A DNA stretch of 64,000 bases, from positions 16,525-80,524 of IMG/VR virus record IMGVR_UViG_3300034418_008897. One strand, 5' to 3'. Position 1 is the stretch's first letter. Each line of letters opens with the position of its first letter. Under the pieces are notes generated by a model. That model made no database searches and was not told the DNA's origin. It saw nothing but the letters and a program-made list of their open reading frames with translations. This stretch comes from a virus. Below, in pieces: positions 49,600-57,605 of this stretch. The position numbers and the translations under genes were made by a program.

Positions 49600-50110
49600 T
49601 GTATAAATATAAAGTTATATAGCAAATATTTCCGTAAAAGCAAAGAAAAATCCGCAGTGTAATATAGGTACTTGTAGAAAAAGCCCCCCCGGTAGTAGAG
49701 TAAAAAGAAGAAGAGTAGAAAATAGAAGTTGCAGAAAAAGAGGGGGGGGTAAGTTGAAAAATAGTGAAAGTTGGAAATAAAACAGAGAGGGAAGGGCTAG
49801 TCGTCTTGTCCCCCCGGCGGGCGCTTTGCGGGGGTTTGGTTCGTTGCTGCCGCGGCTCGTTATTGGGCGGGGGGTTACTTTCACGGTCCTGGTGATGGGG
49901 GCACTGCTTTCATCTTCGGCCTTGTTATCGTATTTAAGTTAACTTTGCTTGCTAGCGTGTCCGCTGCTGCGCTTGGCTCTCTTCTGCGTTTGGGTTCTAC
50001 TCGTCCGACCTCTCTAGGGGGTAGCCTGGTGTTGTCTTATTACACACGAGGGGGGGGGTGCCCTAGAGTTTTATTATGCCTAGATAACGGGCTTGGTACG
50101 TTATTATAAC
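49600..50110. other. Divergent strand-switch region, GC-rich; candidate genome terminus, origin or early promoter region
   Basis: Transcription flips from minus to plus; C7, G8 and G9 homopolymer tracts; abrupt change in base composition. Confidence 0.5.
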
Positions 50111-50187
50111 AACAACAACCAGAGCTGTATGGTTTTACAAGACACAATAGCTTAGTGAAAATCTTGTTTATTTAAAAAATAAAGAAA

Positions 50188-50514
50188 ATGACAACAACAA
50201 ACAAAAAAGGTTATTCTTGGGTAGATTGCCCAACTTTAACAGAAAGAATCGACAGATTAAGAGAGCAAATCAAAGCCGGAGAATTTGTGTATACAGGTAG
50301 TAGAATACACCCTACTACAAAGCATGAGATATTCCATGCTATAAAACCTAGTACAAGATTTATGATAAGATTCACTTTTAAATTTAATAGTGATGGTGAA
50401 AAGTATTGTAATTGGTTCGCTATGATCGGGTCAACAAAGGAGCAGGAACAATTTCTAAAAGAAGTTGGTCATGAAGCGTACCAGGAGTACCAGTCTAAAG
50501 AAATAGATTGGTAA
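50188..50514 (+). CDS. Early hypothetical protein
   Basis: 108 aa, A-rich leader, first gene after the switch. Confidence 0.65.
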   Translation: MTTTNKKGYSWVDCPTLTERIDRLREQIKAGEFVYTGSRIHPTTKHEIFHAIKPSTRFMIRFTFKFNSDGEKYCNWFAMIGSTKEQEQFLKEVGHEAYQEYQSKEIDW

Positions 50515-50583
50515 TATCTAAAAATCAAAGCATGTCCGTACCAGACGGGGCTGAGAAGTGCTGAAAGCCAATCTGTTATTTAC

Positions 50584-50631
50584 TAACAACCTTAGATGGG
50601 TGTAAAGGTTAAACCATCACAAAATATTATG
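50584..50631 (+). repeat. Leader pseudoknot repeat, copy 1
   Basis: AACCTT/AAGGTT crossed with GATGG/CCATC; ends 10 nt before the ATG at 50629. Confidence 0.75.
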
Positions 50632-50787
50632 GAAAGAATATTTCGGTTGCAAATTACAAGAACAGCAATCTCAAACCCTGAATGGGTTGAAATAGTAGCT
50701 GCTTCTGAAACAGAAGCACAAACTAAATACTATTCAATGAACCCAACCCACTTCATTATTTGGACTATTGATTCTTTAAATGAGTAA
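50629..50787 (+). CDS. Early hypothetical protein (probable start MERIF)
   Basis: ATG at the same offset from the repeat as in copy 2. Confidence 0.55.
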   Translation: MERIFRLQITRTAISNPEWVEIVAASETEAQTKYYSMNPTHFIIWTIDSLNE

Positions 50788-50804
50788 CTTTGTAAATTAA
50801 ATAT

Positions 50805-50852
50805 TAACAACCTTAGATGAGGGTATAGGTTAAATCATCACAAAATATTATG
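50805..50852 (+). repeat. Leader pseudoknot repeat, copy 2
   Basis: AACCT/AGGTT crossed with GATGA/TCATC; ends 10 nt before the ATG at 50850. Confidence 0.75.
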
Positions 50853-51182
50853 GAAGTAATTAATTTAACACCGCATGCTATTAAAGTAGTAGGTAAAGAT
50901 GGCGAAAGAGTTTATCAACCATCAGGATTGGTAGCTCGAGTAGAGCAATCTGTTGTAGAAACAGGTGATTATATAGATGGGTTCTCAGTGAGCCAATCTG
51001 TATTTGGAGATATAGTAAATCTCCCAGCACCTCAACCTGGGGTGTACTATCTAGTGTCAGCTATGGTTTTAGGGGCTTTGGCTGGCTCTAGAAGTGATGT
51101 AGTAGCACCTAAGACGGATGCTACGGCCATAAGAAATGAGAAAGGCCATATAGTGGCTGTTAGAGGTTTCTTAAAATATTAA
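50850..51182 (+). CDS. Conserved phage protein (INLTPH...PSG.VARV family)
   Basis: INLTPH, LPAPQPGVYYLVS and RNEKGHIVAVRGF motifs. Confidence 0.65.
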   Translation: MEVINLTPHAIKVVGKDGERVYQPSGLVARVEQSVVETGDYIDGFSVSQSVFGDIVNLPAPQPGVYYLVSAMVLGALAGSRSDVVAPKTDATAIRNEKGHIVAVRGFLKY

Positions 51183-51229
51183 AAAATTACTAATTTAAAG
51201 CTGACCTATCGGCATGACGGGGAAATTAT

Positions 51230-51502
51230 ATGGAATGCATGGAAGATATAAATGACGCATTTGCGTCAGGTTTATTGTTTTTCCCTAAAACTTCTGACGA
51301 AGAATGGGAAAGAAGAAGGATTGAGTCAGAAGAAAGACTCAAAGAGTATAAAAAGACGGAAGGGCAGGTCCGTCATATAAAAAAAGGTAACTATTGGTTA
51401 CCGATTATAATCATGGAAGTAAAAGCTTACCATGAAGTAATAATAAAAATAATTGCAACGAAAGAAGTAAAAACAGTTGCATTTTACGAAATAAAATACT
51501 AG
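51230..51502 (+). CDS. Early hypothetical protein
   Basis: 90-aa ORF in the early gene run. Confidence 0.55.
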   Translation: MECMEDINDAFASGLLFFPKTSDEEWERRRIESEERLKEYKKTEGQVRHIKKGNYWLPIIIMEVKAYHEVIIKIIATKEVKTVAFYEIKY

Positions 51503-51509
51503 TAAAAGT

Positions 51510-51719
51510 ATGGATAAATTGTATTACGTGTATTTTAACACTGGATCTCTTGCCCCCATGTGGGTTAAGAAAAACGAAAGTTTTGCTGCTAAACTGAACA
51601 GTATAGTTGGAAAAGATAAACAGAATGAAATTACTTCGGTAGAATTAATAAAAACTTCACCGAGTATAAGTAAAGAAGTTTTAGACTCATTATTTAATAA
51701 ACCATTAAACAATAATTAA
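51510..51719 (+). CDS. Early hypothetical protein
   Basis: 69-aa ORF in the early gene run. Confidence 0.55.
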   Translation: MDKLYYVYFNTGSLAPMWVKKNESFAAKLNSIVGKDKQNEITSVELIKTSPSISKEVLDSLFNKPLNNN

Positions 51720-51720
51720 G

Positions 51721-52014
51721 ATGAACAATATATCAAAACAAGAAACTGAACTAAAAGCAATAGGCTTAGATTTAAACCTAAATTACGTAAACAATAGCGT
51801 AATAATAGTGAAAGGCCATAAAATAGTAGCGCCTGAAGAATGTATAGTGCGAGCTATACAATTAAAAATAAGAGAAGGGGAATTAAAACCACAAGACGTC
51901 GAGCTATACGACAATAAGAAAAGGATAGAAATCAGACCAGATGGTATGATAAAAGAAAAATTAGAATCAAATTTTTATCAACTTAGTGCTAATTTAGCAT
52001 TTAAGTTATTCTAA
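51721..52014 (+). CDS. Stand-alone DUF3696-like protein
   Basis: RAIQLKIREGELKPQDVELY...IEIRPDG.I......FYQ resembles the C-terminus of defence-associated ABC/AAA ATPases. Confidence 0.45.
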   Translation: MNNISKQETELKAIGLDLNLNYVNNSVIIVKGHKIVAPEECIVRAIQLKIREGELKPQDVELYDNKKRIEIRPDGMIKEKLESNFYQLSANLAFKLF

Positions 52015-52031
52015 AACAAATAATTAAATAT

Positions 52032-52080
52032 TAACAACCCTAGATGATAGTATAGGTTAGATCATCACAACAACAACATG
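52032..52080 (+). repeat. Leader pseudoknot repeat, copy 3
   Basis: AACC/GGTT crossed with GATGAT/ATCATC; ends 11 nt before the ATG at 52078. Confidence 0.75.
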
Positions 52081-52605
52081 AGAGTACCAAATTATGAATT
52101 GTATTTAGGCTTGCGAAGCGAGCTAGACGGTAGAATTGCTATAGGTGGTTCTACTGCACTTGTAGTTAGAGGTGAATTACCTGCTGACTACAAACCAGGA
52201 GATCTGGACTTGTGCATTGAGCACGAGATCCAACTAAGCATTATAGATACTTACCTGACCCAAAGAGGTTGGGAAATGTCTATAGACATACCAAATGGTA
52301 ATGCCTTTACTGTTAGAAGGCAATACAAGCTGGATGGAGAGAAAGTAGATTTCTTCATCATACCTGACTTAGACCGTTGGGTAGATTACATGGACGGAAA
52401 CGTTTATGTTAAGCCCCAAGTTATATGGGCCGCGCGTGGTTATTATGCTGGCGTAGGCTCAGACAAAGCCCAAAACCAACTAGTAAAGAATGGTATGATT
52501 AGGCCATTTGTACCCAACTCAACCCCTAACTCAAAATTGACTAAGAGACAAGTAATACGCCGTATTATCGGCGATGTTAAACACTTAATTAAGAGTATAT
52601 TATGA
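52078..52605 (+). CDS. Nucleotidyltransferase-fold protein
   Basis: IGGSTAL..RG...PGDLDL...KVDFF (GS / DxD / D pattern). Confidence 0.7.
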   Translation: MRVPNYELYLGLRSELDGRIAIGGSTALVVRGELPADYKPGDLDLCIEHEIQLSIIDTYLTQRGWEMSIDIPNGNAFTVRRQYKLDGEKVDFFIIPDLDRWVDYMDGNVYVKPQVIWAARGYYAGVGSDKAQNQLVKNGMIRPFVPNSTPNSKLTKRQVIRRIIGDVKHLIKSIL

Positions 52606-52901
52606 AAAAATTAATGATGACGGTGCTACTAAAGTCAGTAGCTAATCTTTCACCTGATAAATATAAGGTGGGAGCTATCTATGTTCAAGGCTGGAGAATC
52701 AGCTTTGGATATAATACTAGTAGAGATTACGGTAGTCATGCAGAGGACATGGCTATTCGTATGTTCGAGAAGCTCTACAAGCCCAGAGCACAAAAAGGAA
52801 CTATGTATTGTACATGGTCTCCATGTTCTGTATGTGCAAAGAATCTCTTTAACCTAGGTATAAGGCCTTGGTATTTAGATCGATACACTGGCAAACTCTA
52901 A
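52602..52901 (+). CDS. Minimal cytidine/dCMP deaminase-family protein
   Basis: KVGA..., GYN, HAE and SPCSVC zinc motifs. Confidence 0.8.
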   Translation: MKKLMMTVLLKSVANLSPDKYKVGAIYVQGWRISFGYNTSRDYGSHAEDMAIRMFEKLYKPRAQKGTMYCTWSPCSVCAKNLFNLGIRPWYLDRYTGKL

Positions 52902-52963
52902 ACTCGTCTGAGCGAGTATAAATAGGCTTTAGGCTCAGAGCGTCCCACTTCGGTGGGGGTAGT
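52902..52963 (+). ncRNA. Pistol self-cleaving ribozyme
   Basis: P1 ACTCG/CGAGT; loop TCTGAG pairs with CTCAGA; ATAAATAG linker; P2 GCT/AGT; TTAGG; GCG; P3 TCCCAC-TTCG-GTGGGG; GT cleavage dinucleotide at 52959-52960. Confidence 0.9.
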
Positions 52964-52985
52964 ATTAATTTAAAATTTAAAAGTT

Positions 52986-53273
52986 ATGTTAGTAAGAGAA
53001 AAATGTGATCAAGAAATGATCAGGATTGCGGATCAAGAAATGGGATTCGCTATTAATCCCAAAAATGGTGTCTTTGCGGACACTGAACAAGAGGGACAAG
53101 ACCTAGAAGCATTATATGCTGAGGTGCAAAGAGTTAAGGAGACTTGCAGATGCTGGACTCCGAGTAATAAGGAAGGTGTTAGTTGCTACACTGAACTAGG
53201 AAAAGGCAATATCATAATAGTAGAAGATCAAGGGTATGTAGGTATCTTCTACAACAACTATTTATTCATTTAA
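52986..53273 (+). CDS. Early hypothetical protein
   Basis: 95 aa; leader TAAAATTTAAAAGTTATG shared with the next gene. Confidence 0.6.
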   Translation: MLVREKCDQEMIRIADQEMGFAINPKNGVFADTEQEGQDLEALYAEVQRVKETCRCWTPSNKEGVSCYTELGKGNIIIVEDQGYVGIFYNNYLFI

Positions 53274-53289
53274 TTAAAATTTAAAAGTT

Positions 53290-53496
53290 ATGAAAACAAG
53301 AAGACCAAGAATTAATCAAGAAACAAAAGTAGAAAGAAAGATAGAATTTTCTACTAGATTTGCAAAAGACAAAAACCCTAACTGGGATAAAAATATACGC
53401 TCTAAAGAAGGAGAGCGTAAAGTAAAAGCTAAACCAACGCCGCAAGATAAATGGGCTGAGTTTAAAGCTTTTGCAGCAACAGAATTAAATTATTAA
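53290..53496 (+). CDS. Basic hypothetical protein
   Basis: 68 aa; same leader as 52986. Confidence 0.55.
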   Translation: MKTRRPRINQETKVERKIEFSTRFAKDKNPNWDKNIRSKEGERKVKAKPTPQDKWAEFKAFAATELNY

Positions 53497-53513
53497 TTAA
53501 ATTAACAAATAAG

Positions 53514-53651
53514 ATGAAGAAAATATTATTAGAAAATGGTACTGTAAAATACGGTATACAATACTATCGTGTGTTAGAGTTAAAAGAAAATCAAGTATTA
53601 TTAATGATTAGTAAAAAACCAACTTGGGTTGATATTAAAGAATTAAACTAA
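53514..53651 (+). CDS. Small hypothetical protein (45 aa, MKKILLENG...)
   Basis: Translated by hand; below the ORF-track size cutoff. Confidence 0.45.
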   Translation: MKKILLENGTVKYGIQYYRVLELKENQVLLMISKKPTWVDIKELN

Positions 53652-53667
53652 TCAACTAACCTATCAC

Positions 53668-53724
53668 CTTAGTCTTCCTTTCTTCCTCGCCTTAGTCTTC
53701 CCTTCGTCGGAGTCTTCCCTTCGG
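53668..53724 (+). repeat. Pyrimidine-rich triple repeat AGTCTTCC(C/T)TTC
   Basis: Three copies upstream of 53798, followed by the hairpin CGTGAGAC-A-GTCTCACG. Confidence 0.6.
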
Positions 53725-53797
53725 CCTCGCGGTTTTTTGGCGTGAGACAGTCTCACGTGTAGTATATTATTTTTTTAAACTTTTAAATTTTTAGATT

Positions 53798-54280
53798 ATG
53801 TTAAAGATTAACAGACAAGCAGCATTAAAGCAGTTCAGAACTCAATCAGCGAAAGGCTTAAAATTAGAGCCAGGAACTGAGATTAGTGTTATGGAAGTAC
53901 GTGAGAACAACAACGAGGATGGTTCAGTGACTCACTCTTTAATCTGTTCAACAGATAAATCACTTGTGATTAACATCTCTTTATCTGATTACTTCAAAAT
54001 GGGAGTGGTAAACAATGGATCTCATTACACTTCAGAGGAAGGTGATGAGGACATCGAGATCTTCCAATCGTTCACTATCGAAACGGCAGAAGACCGTAAA
54101 GATAGAAACGGTGACTTAGTTTATCCTTTATATGCTTATGAAGGATGGGACGAGATGAGAGATGAAATCAGAGCAGGTAATGCTAAATTCGATTGGAATG
54201 CTCTAATTGAATCAGGATTGAAAGAAGGTATTACAGACCGTATCAGTCCATTACAAGATTATACTATCAAAATCGGATAG
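53798..54280 (+). CDS. Probably highly expressed acidic protein, possibly ssDNA-binding
   Basis: 160 aa; ATC/TTC/AAC codon preference like MCP; own terminator; function is a guess. Confidence 0.45.
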   Translation: MLKINRQAALKQFRTQSAKGLKLEPGTEISVMEVRENNNEDGSVTHSLICSTDKSLVINISLSDYFKMGVVNNGSHYTSEEGDEDIEIFQSFTIETAEDRKDRNGDLVYPLYAYEGWDEMRDEIRAGNAKFDWNALIESGLKEGITDRISPLQDYTIKIG

Positions 54281-54290
54281 TATTACACTC

Positions 54291-54330
54291 ATATGGGGTA
54301 GCATAGAAATATGTTACCCTATATTTTTTT
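54291..54330 (+). terminator. Intrinsic terminator
   Basis: ATATGGGGTAGCATA-GAAA-TATGTTACCCTATAT followed by a T run. Confidence 0.8.
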
Positions 54331-54407
54331 AAAGGGGCTTATGGCTAATAACCCGATCTAGCTCTATAATTATTTTTTTTTAAACCATTAATAGTAAATA
54401 ACCCGAT

Positions 54408-54644
54408 ATGGCAACAATAAAACACAACTTTAAAGGTAATTTTGAATTCCCTTTATACAATCAACACGAAATTAAAAGTATTTTAAATGATATCAATGCA
54501 GATATCAGAGAAGTAGAAGAAGATATTAATCATTATTCTCTTATAGGAGATATGGAAAATGAGATGAATTGTTTAGAAGAATCAGTTGTATTAAATTGCG
54601 TTAAGTACGACTATGAAGAATTACTTCAAGCAGCTTTAAATTAA
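54408..54644 (+). CDS. Acidic hypothetical protein
   Basis: 78-aa ORF. Confidence 0.55.
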   Translation: MATIKHNFKGNFEFPLYNQHEIKSILNDINADIREVEEDINHYSLIGDMENEMNCLEESVVLNCVKYDYEELLQAALN

Positions 54645-54651
54645 TTATGTT

Positions 54652-54816
54652 ATGAAAAATTTTTTTAAAAGTGCTTTTGCATTGTGCCTATATGTTATTA
54701 TAGGCTCTTTGCTATTAGCGTATAGGTTTTCAGATAGTAGTTTAGCTGTAGAGATATTTACAGTAATAGCTATAGTATATTTAATATTGCTACCTAGTTG
54801 TAGCACAAAAAATTAA
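54652..54816 (+). CDS. Small membrane protein (54 aa, two hydrophobic segments)
   Basis: Translated by hand: MKNFFKSAFALCLYVIIGSLLLAY... Confidence 0.45.
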   Translation: MKNFFKSAFALCLYVIIGSLLLAYRFSDSSLAVEIFTVIAIVYLILLPSCSTKN

Positions 54817-54822
54817 AAGATT

Positions 54823-55038
54823 ATGTTAGAATTAATTATATCAATAGGTTACTTCTTAGGTATAGGTTATACTATAGAAGATTACAGTAGTGTTAACGGT
54901 AATTATGTAAATGATTTTAAATCTAGACTAGGTTTAGTTATATACATTTCATTTGTATTTTTATATTCACCTGTGTTTTTATTAATAGATTTAGGTAGAT
55001 TATTATATAAATTAAACAGTAAAGAAGATGACAAATAG
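54823..55038 (+). CDS. Small membrane protein
   Basis: Two hydrophobic segments. Confidence 0.55.
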   Translation: MLELIISIGYFLGIGYTIEDYSSVNGNYVNDFKSRLGLVIYISFVFLYSPVFLLIDLGRLLYKLNSKEDDK

Positions 55039-55411
55039 AGAAGAATATGCAAAATTTGCAGAGAAGCACCCTAACAGTGTAACAATTAGAGCAGCAGTTA
55101 TAAATCATTCTGTAGAAGATTATATTGCTGGACACACTATGAATTTAGTTGTAGTGTATGAAGATAATCACGGTAGTGTGGTTTTCTTAGACCCTTACTG
55201 CGGTGTAGCAGACATTTTAAATTGGGATGGTAATGAACCCCTAGCTTTTAAAGACAATGAAGATATTAAACCTTTTTTGTCTAAATGTATGTTAGATTTT
55301 AACATTCAAGACCCGGCTTTTACTAAAATTTACAAGAGCTTAAATTTCTTTGATGAGCATTTTGAAGCTCCTATAAACTTCGAAAGGTATGGGGTTGTAG
55401 AAGTAGAGTAA
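55028..55411 (+). CDS. Hypothetical protein
   Basis: 127-aa ORF overlapping the previous stop. Confidence 0.6.
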   Translation: MTNREEYAKFAEKHPNSVTIRAAVINHSVEDYIAGHTMNLVVVYEDNHGSVVFLDPYCGVADILNWDGNEPLAFKDNEDIKPFLSKCMLDFNIQDPAFTKIYKSLNFFDEHFEAPINFERYGVVEVE

Positions 55412-55452
55412 TAACTTGAGGGAGATACGTCTCCCTTTTAAATTTAAAAATT

Positions 55453-55647
55453 ATGAGAGAGACTTTATTTTTCTTAGCGTATTTAGCTTTTCTATTAGCT
55501 ATATTATATTTTACTTTCGTATCCTTTAGTTGGATGATGTTAGCTATAGCAGCTTGTTTAGCTATATTATGTTTAGCAGCAATAATTAATCTTTTACTAC
55601 CCAAAACAACTAACGTTTTTAAATACTTTTTACGTAATAAAAAATAA
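55453..55647 (+). CDS. Small membrane protein (two TM segments)
   Basis: Long hydrophobic stretch with a basic C-terminus. Confidence 0.55.
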   Translation: MRETLFFLAYLAFLLAILYFTFVSFSWMMLAIAACLAILCLAAIINLLLPKTTNVFKYFLRNKK

Positions 55648-55734
55648 AAGTATGAATGAAGAAGAAAGAAACAAAGAACTAGATGACAAAGAAGGTTGTA
55701 TAATGATTTTTATAACGTTATTTACCCTTTTTAT

Positions 55735-55766
55735 TTTGTGGTTAGCTAGTAACTTGTATAAATTTG
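55735..55766 (+). promoter_or_regulatory. Possible Bacteroidota primary-sigma promoter
   Basis: TTTG-N20-TAAATTTG matches the -33/-7 consensus; chance matches are likely in AT-rich DNA. Confidence 0.35.
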
Positions 55767-56213
55767 TATAAATTGTTGGTTTATAGATTGTTGTTGTTGT
55801 TTTAAAATTTAGAGTGGGGGTCGCACGGTGTGTAAATCCCCCTCTTTAAATAAAATAAACTCTTCAACTTTATATAAAATATATAATATTAATATATATA
55901 AGCAACGTCTACATAACGTGCCACACTACTGCACTAACAAGACAGTAGCACACACAAATAATTTTATTATTTTGTATACTATAAGGCCATACGCCTTTTT
56001 TATATATAATTATTTTTTAAAAAAAGTATAAAATATGGTTAAATTTAGAGTAATATTGATACCGATAGTAAGGTTAAATGAAGATGACTCTGCTGATTAT
56101 AAAGAGTGGAGAGAAGTAGAATATCGTAGTGCGAAGGAAGCGTTAGATGATTTAGAAAAAGATTATTTAGTAGTAAATATAGAAAGAATAAAATAATTAT
56201 TAAAAGTAAAAAT

Positions 56214-56879
56214 ATGAAAGTAGGAGATAAAATATTAGGTTTTAAATTTTTTTATAGCGACTTATCTTATGTAAAAGAAATGGATAATTTTATAGGTAAA
56301 GTAGGTACTATAATAACTATAATTGATGATACCATAGAAATAGATTTTAATGGTGAAGGTATATGGTGGTATCCTAAAGAAGAGGCTAAATTATATTTAG
56401 TAGATGAAACTATTAAAGTTAGAGTTATAAAACCTAATATAATAGACCTTGATTTAGGTAAAGTTTATCCTGTATTGGAACAAAATGAAAGTTATTATCG
56501 GGTATTAGATAATGTAGGTCATGCTAGGTGGATAATGAAAGAATATTTTAGTTTAGTAAAGGAAAATGATGATGTTATGTATAGACTTAAAGAAGAAGTT
56601 AAAAAATATTTAAAAGAAGATAATCCTTTGAAAGATAAAACTATGTCTATGGAGGATTGGAGTATGACTAGTTTTTCTAGCGTAGCCTTAGAGGAGGCGG
56701 ATTATAGTGTGGATTTGAGTTCTATAGATAAAGATGAAATGGAGGAAGTAAGTGAGGGTTTTATAGAAGTTGCTAAATTTTTTAACTATAGAGATAAAGC
56801 TTTTTGGTTAAATCCTAACTATAATTGGGAATTGAAATATTATGATAAAGAAGTATTTTTAGAACCAACTAAAAAATAA
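56214..56879 (+). CDS. Hypothetical protein with SH3/KOW-like segments
   Basis: MKVGDK...EMDNFIGKVGTI...WWYP; second unit GKVYPV...YYRVLDNVG. Confidence 0.55.
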   Translation: MKVGDKILGFKFFYSDLSYVKEMDNFIGKVGTIITIIDDTIEIDFNGEGIWWYPKEEAKLYLVDETIKVRVIKPNIIDLDLGKVYPVLEQNESYYRVLDNVGHARWIMKEYFSLVKENDDVMYRLKEEVKKYLKEDNPLKDKTMSMEDWSMTSFSSVALEEADYSVDLSSIDKDEMEEVSEGFIEVAKFFNYRDKAFWLNPNYNWELKYYDKEVFLEPTKK

Positions 56880-56908
56880 AATTATGTTAAATCTTATTAC
56901 ACTTTGAT

Positions 56909-57316
56909 ATGGTTACAATATTTAGAATGGGGTATATACTCTTATTGAGTTATAACCCGTGTGATGTATTTTATTATTTTAATGTAGATGAAATGCATGG
57001 ATTGTCTTTAAAAGAATGTCAAGAACATGTAAATACAAAAGATTCGGCATATATTGCTGGATGGAGCAATTTTATTCCTAAAGAATCAGGTGAGTATAAT
57101 GATGATGATGCTAGATTTGTATTCATTAATTTATCAAGATGCACAGATCCTGTAAAAACAACAGGTCTTATTATGCATGAGATGATGCATCATTCTTTAT
57201 GGATGAATAGTTATAATGCAGAAACTAGAGAAGAAGAGATTATTACCTGGGCTGAAGAAGAAACTTATGAGGTTTATGAAATAATTAAACCTATGTTAAG
57301 TTTTAAATCAGAGTAA
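56909..57316 (+). CDS. HExxH zincin-like protein
   Basis: IMHEMMHH...REE. Confidence 0.55.
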   Translation: MVTIFRMGYILLLSYNPCDVFYYFNVDEMHGLSLKECQEHVNTKDSAYIAGWSNFIPKESGEYNDDDARFVFINLSRCTDPVKTTGLIMHEMMHHSLWMNSYNAETREEEIITWAEEETYEVYEIIKPMLSFKSE

Positions 57317-57370
57317 AATATTTAATTGCAGTGAAAAACGATTAATTTAATCATTTAATAGTGTAAAATT

Positions 57371-57604
57371 ATGGAAAGAATAGAAGTAATGCATAGATTA
57401 TTTAGAATATTAGTTTCTAATAAATTCATAAAAGTAGGCGATTTTTATAATATATCTATAGAAAGAGGTTCTATAAAATTACAAGGTGTATTTTGTAGTA
57501 AAATAACAAGAAAATATATGGAACTAGGAGCTAAATTTCACATAGAAGCCAATGGATTTGTATATTTAAAAAAGGGTAGTGTAGAAATTGTTTTAACAGA
57601 TTAA
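57371..57604 (+). CDS. Hypothetical protein
   Basis: 77-aa ORF. Confidence 0.55.
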   Translation: MERIEVMHRLFRILVSNKFIKVGDFYNISIERGSIKLQGVFCSKITRKYMELGAKFHIEANGFVYLKKGSVEIVLTD

Positions 57605-57605
57605 T

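Noticed and set aside
49615-49884. 89-aa minus-strand ORF
   Set aside because: Low-complexity translation of the purine-rich and GC-rich non-coding region
50120-50166. Twister ribozyme (TTACAAG...AATAGC)
   Set aside because: The conserved UAA cleavage context and 3' core residues are missing
50545-50572. Hammerhead ribozyme (CTGAGAAG...GAAA)
   Set aside because: The core does not match CUGANGA and no proper stem II forms
50584-52080. CRISPR array from the three repeats
   Set aside because: Copies are irregularly spaced, separated by whole genes, and no cas genes are present
55828-56031. 67-aa ORF with GTG start
   Set aside because: Low-complexity translation across a probable regulatory gap
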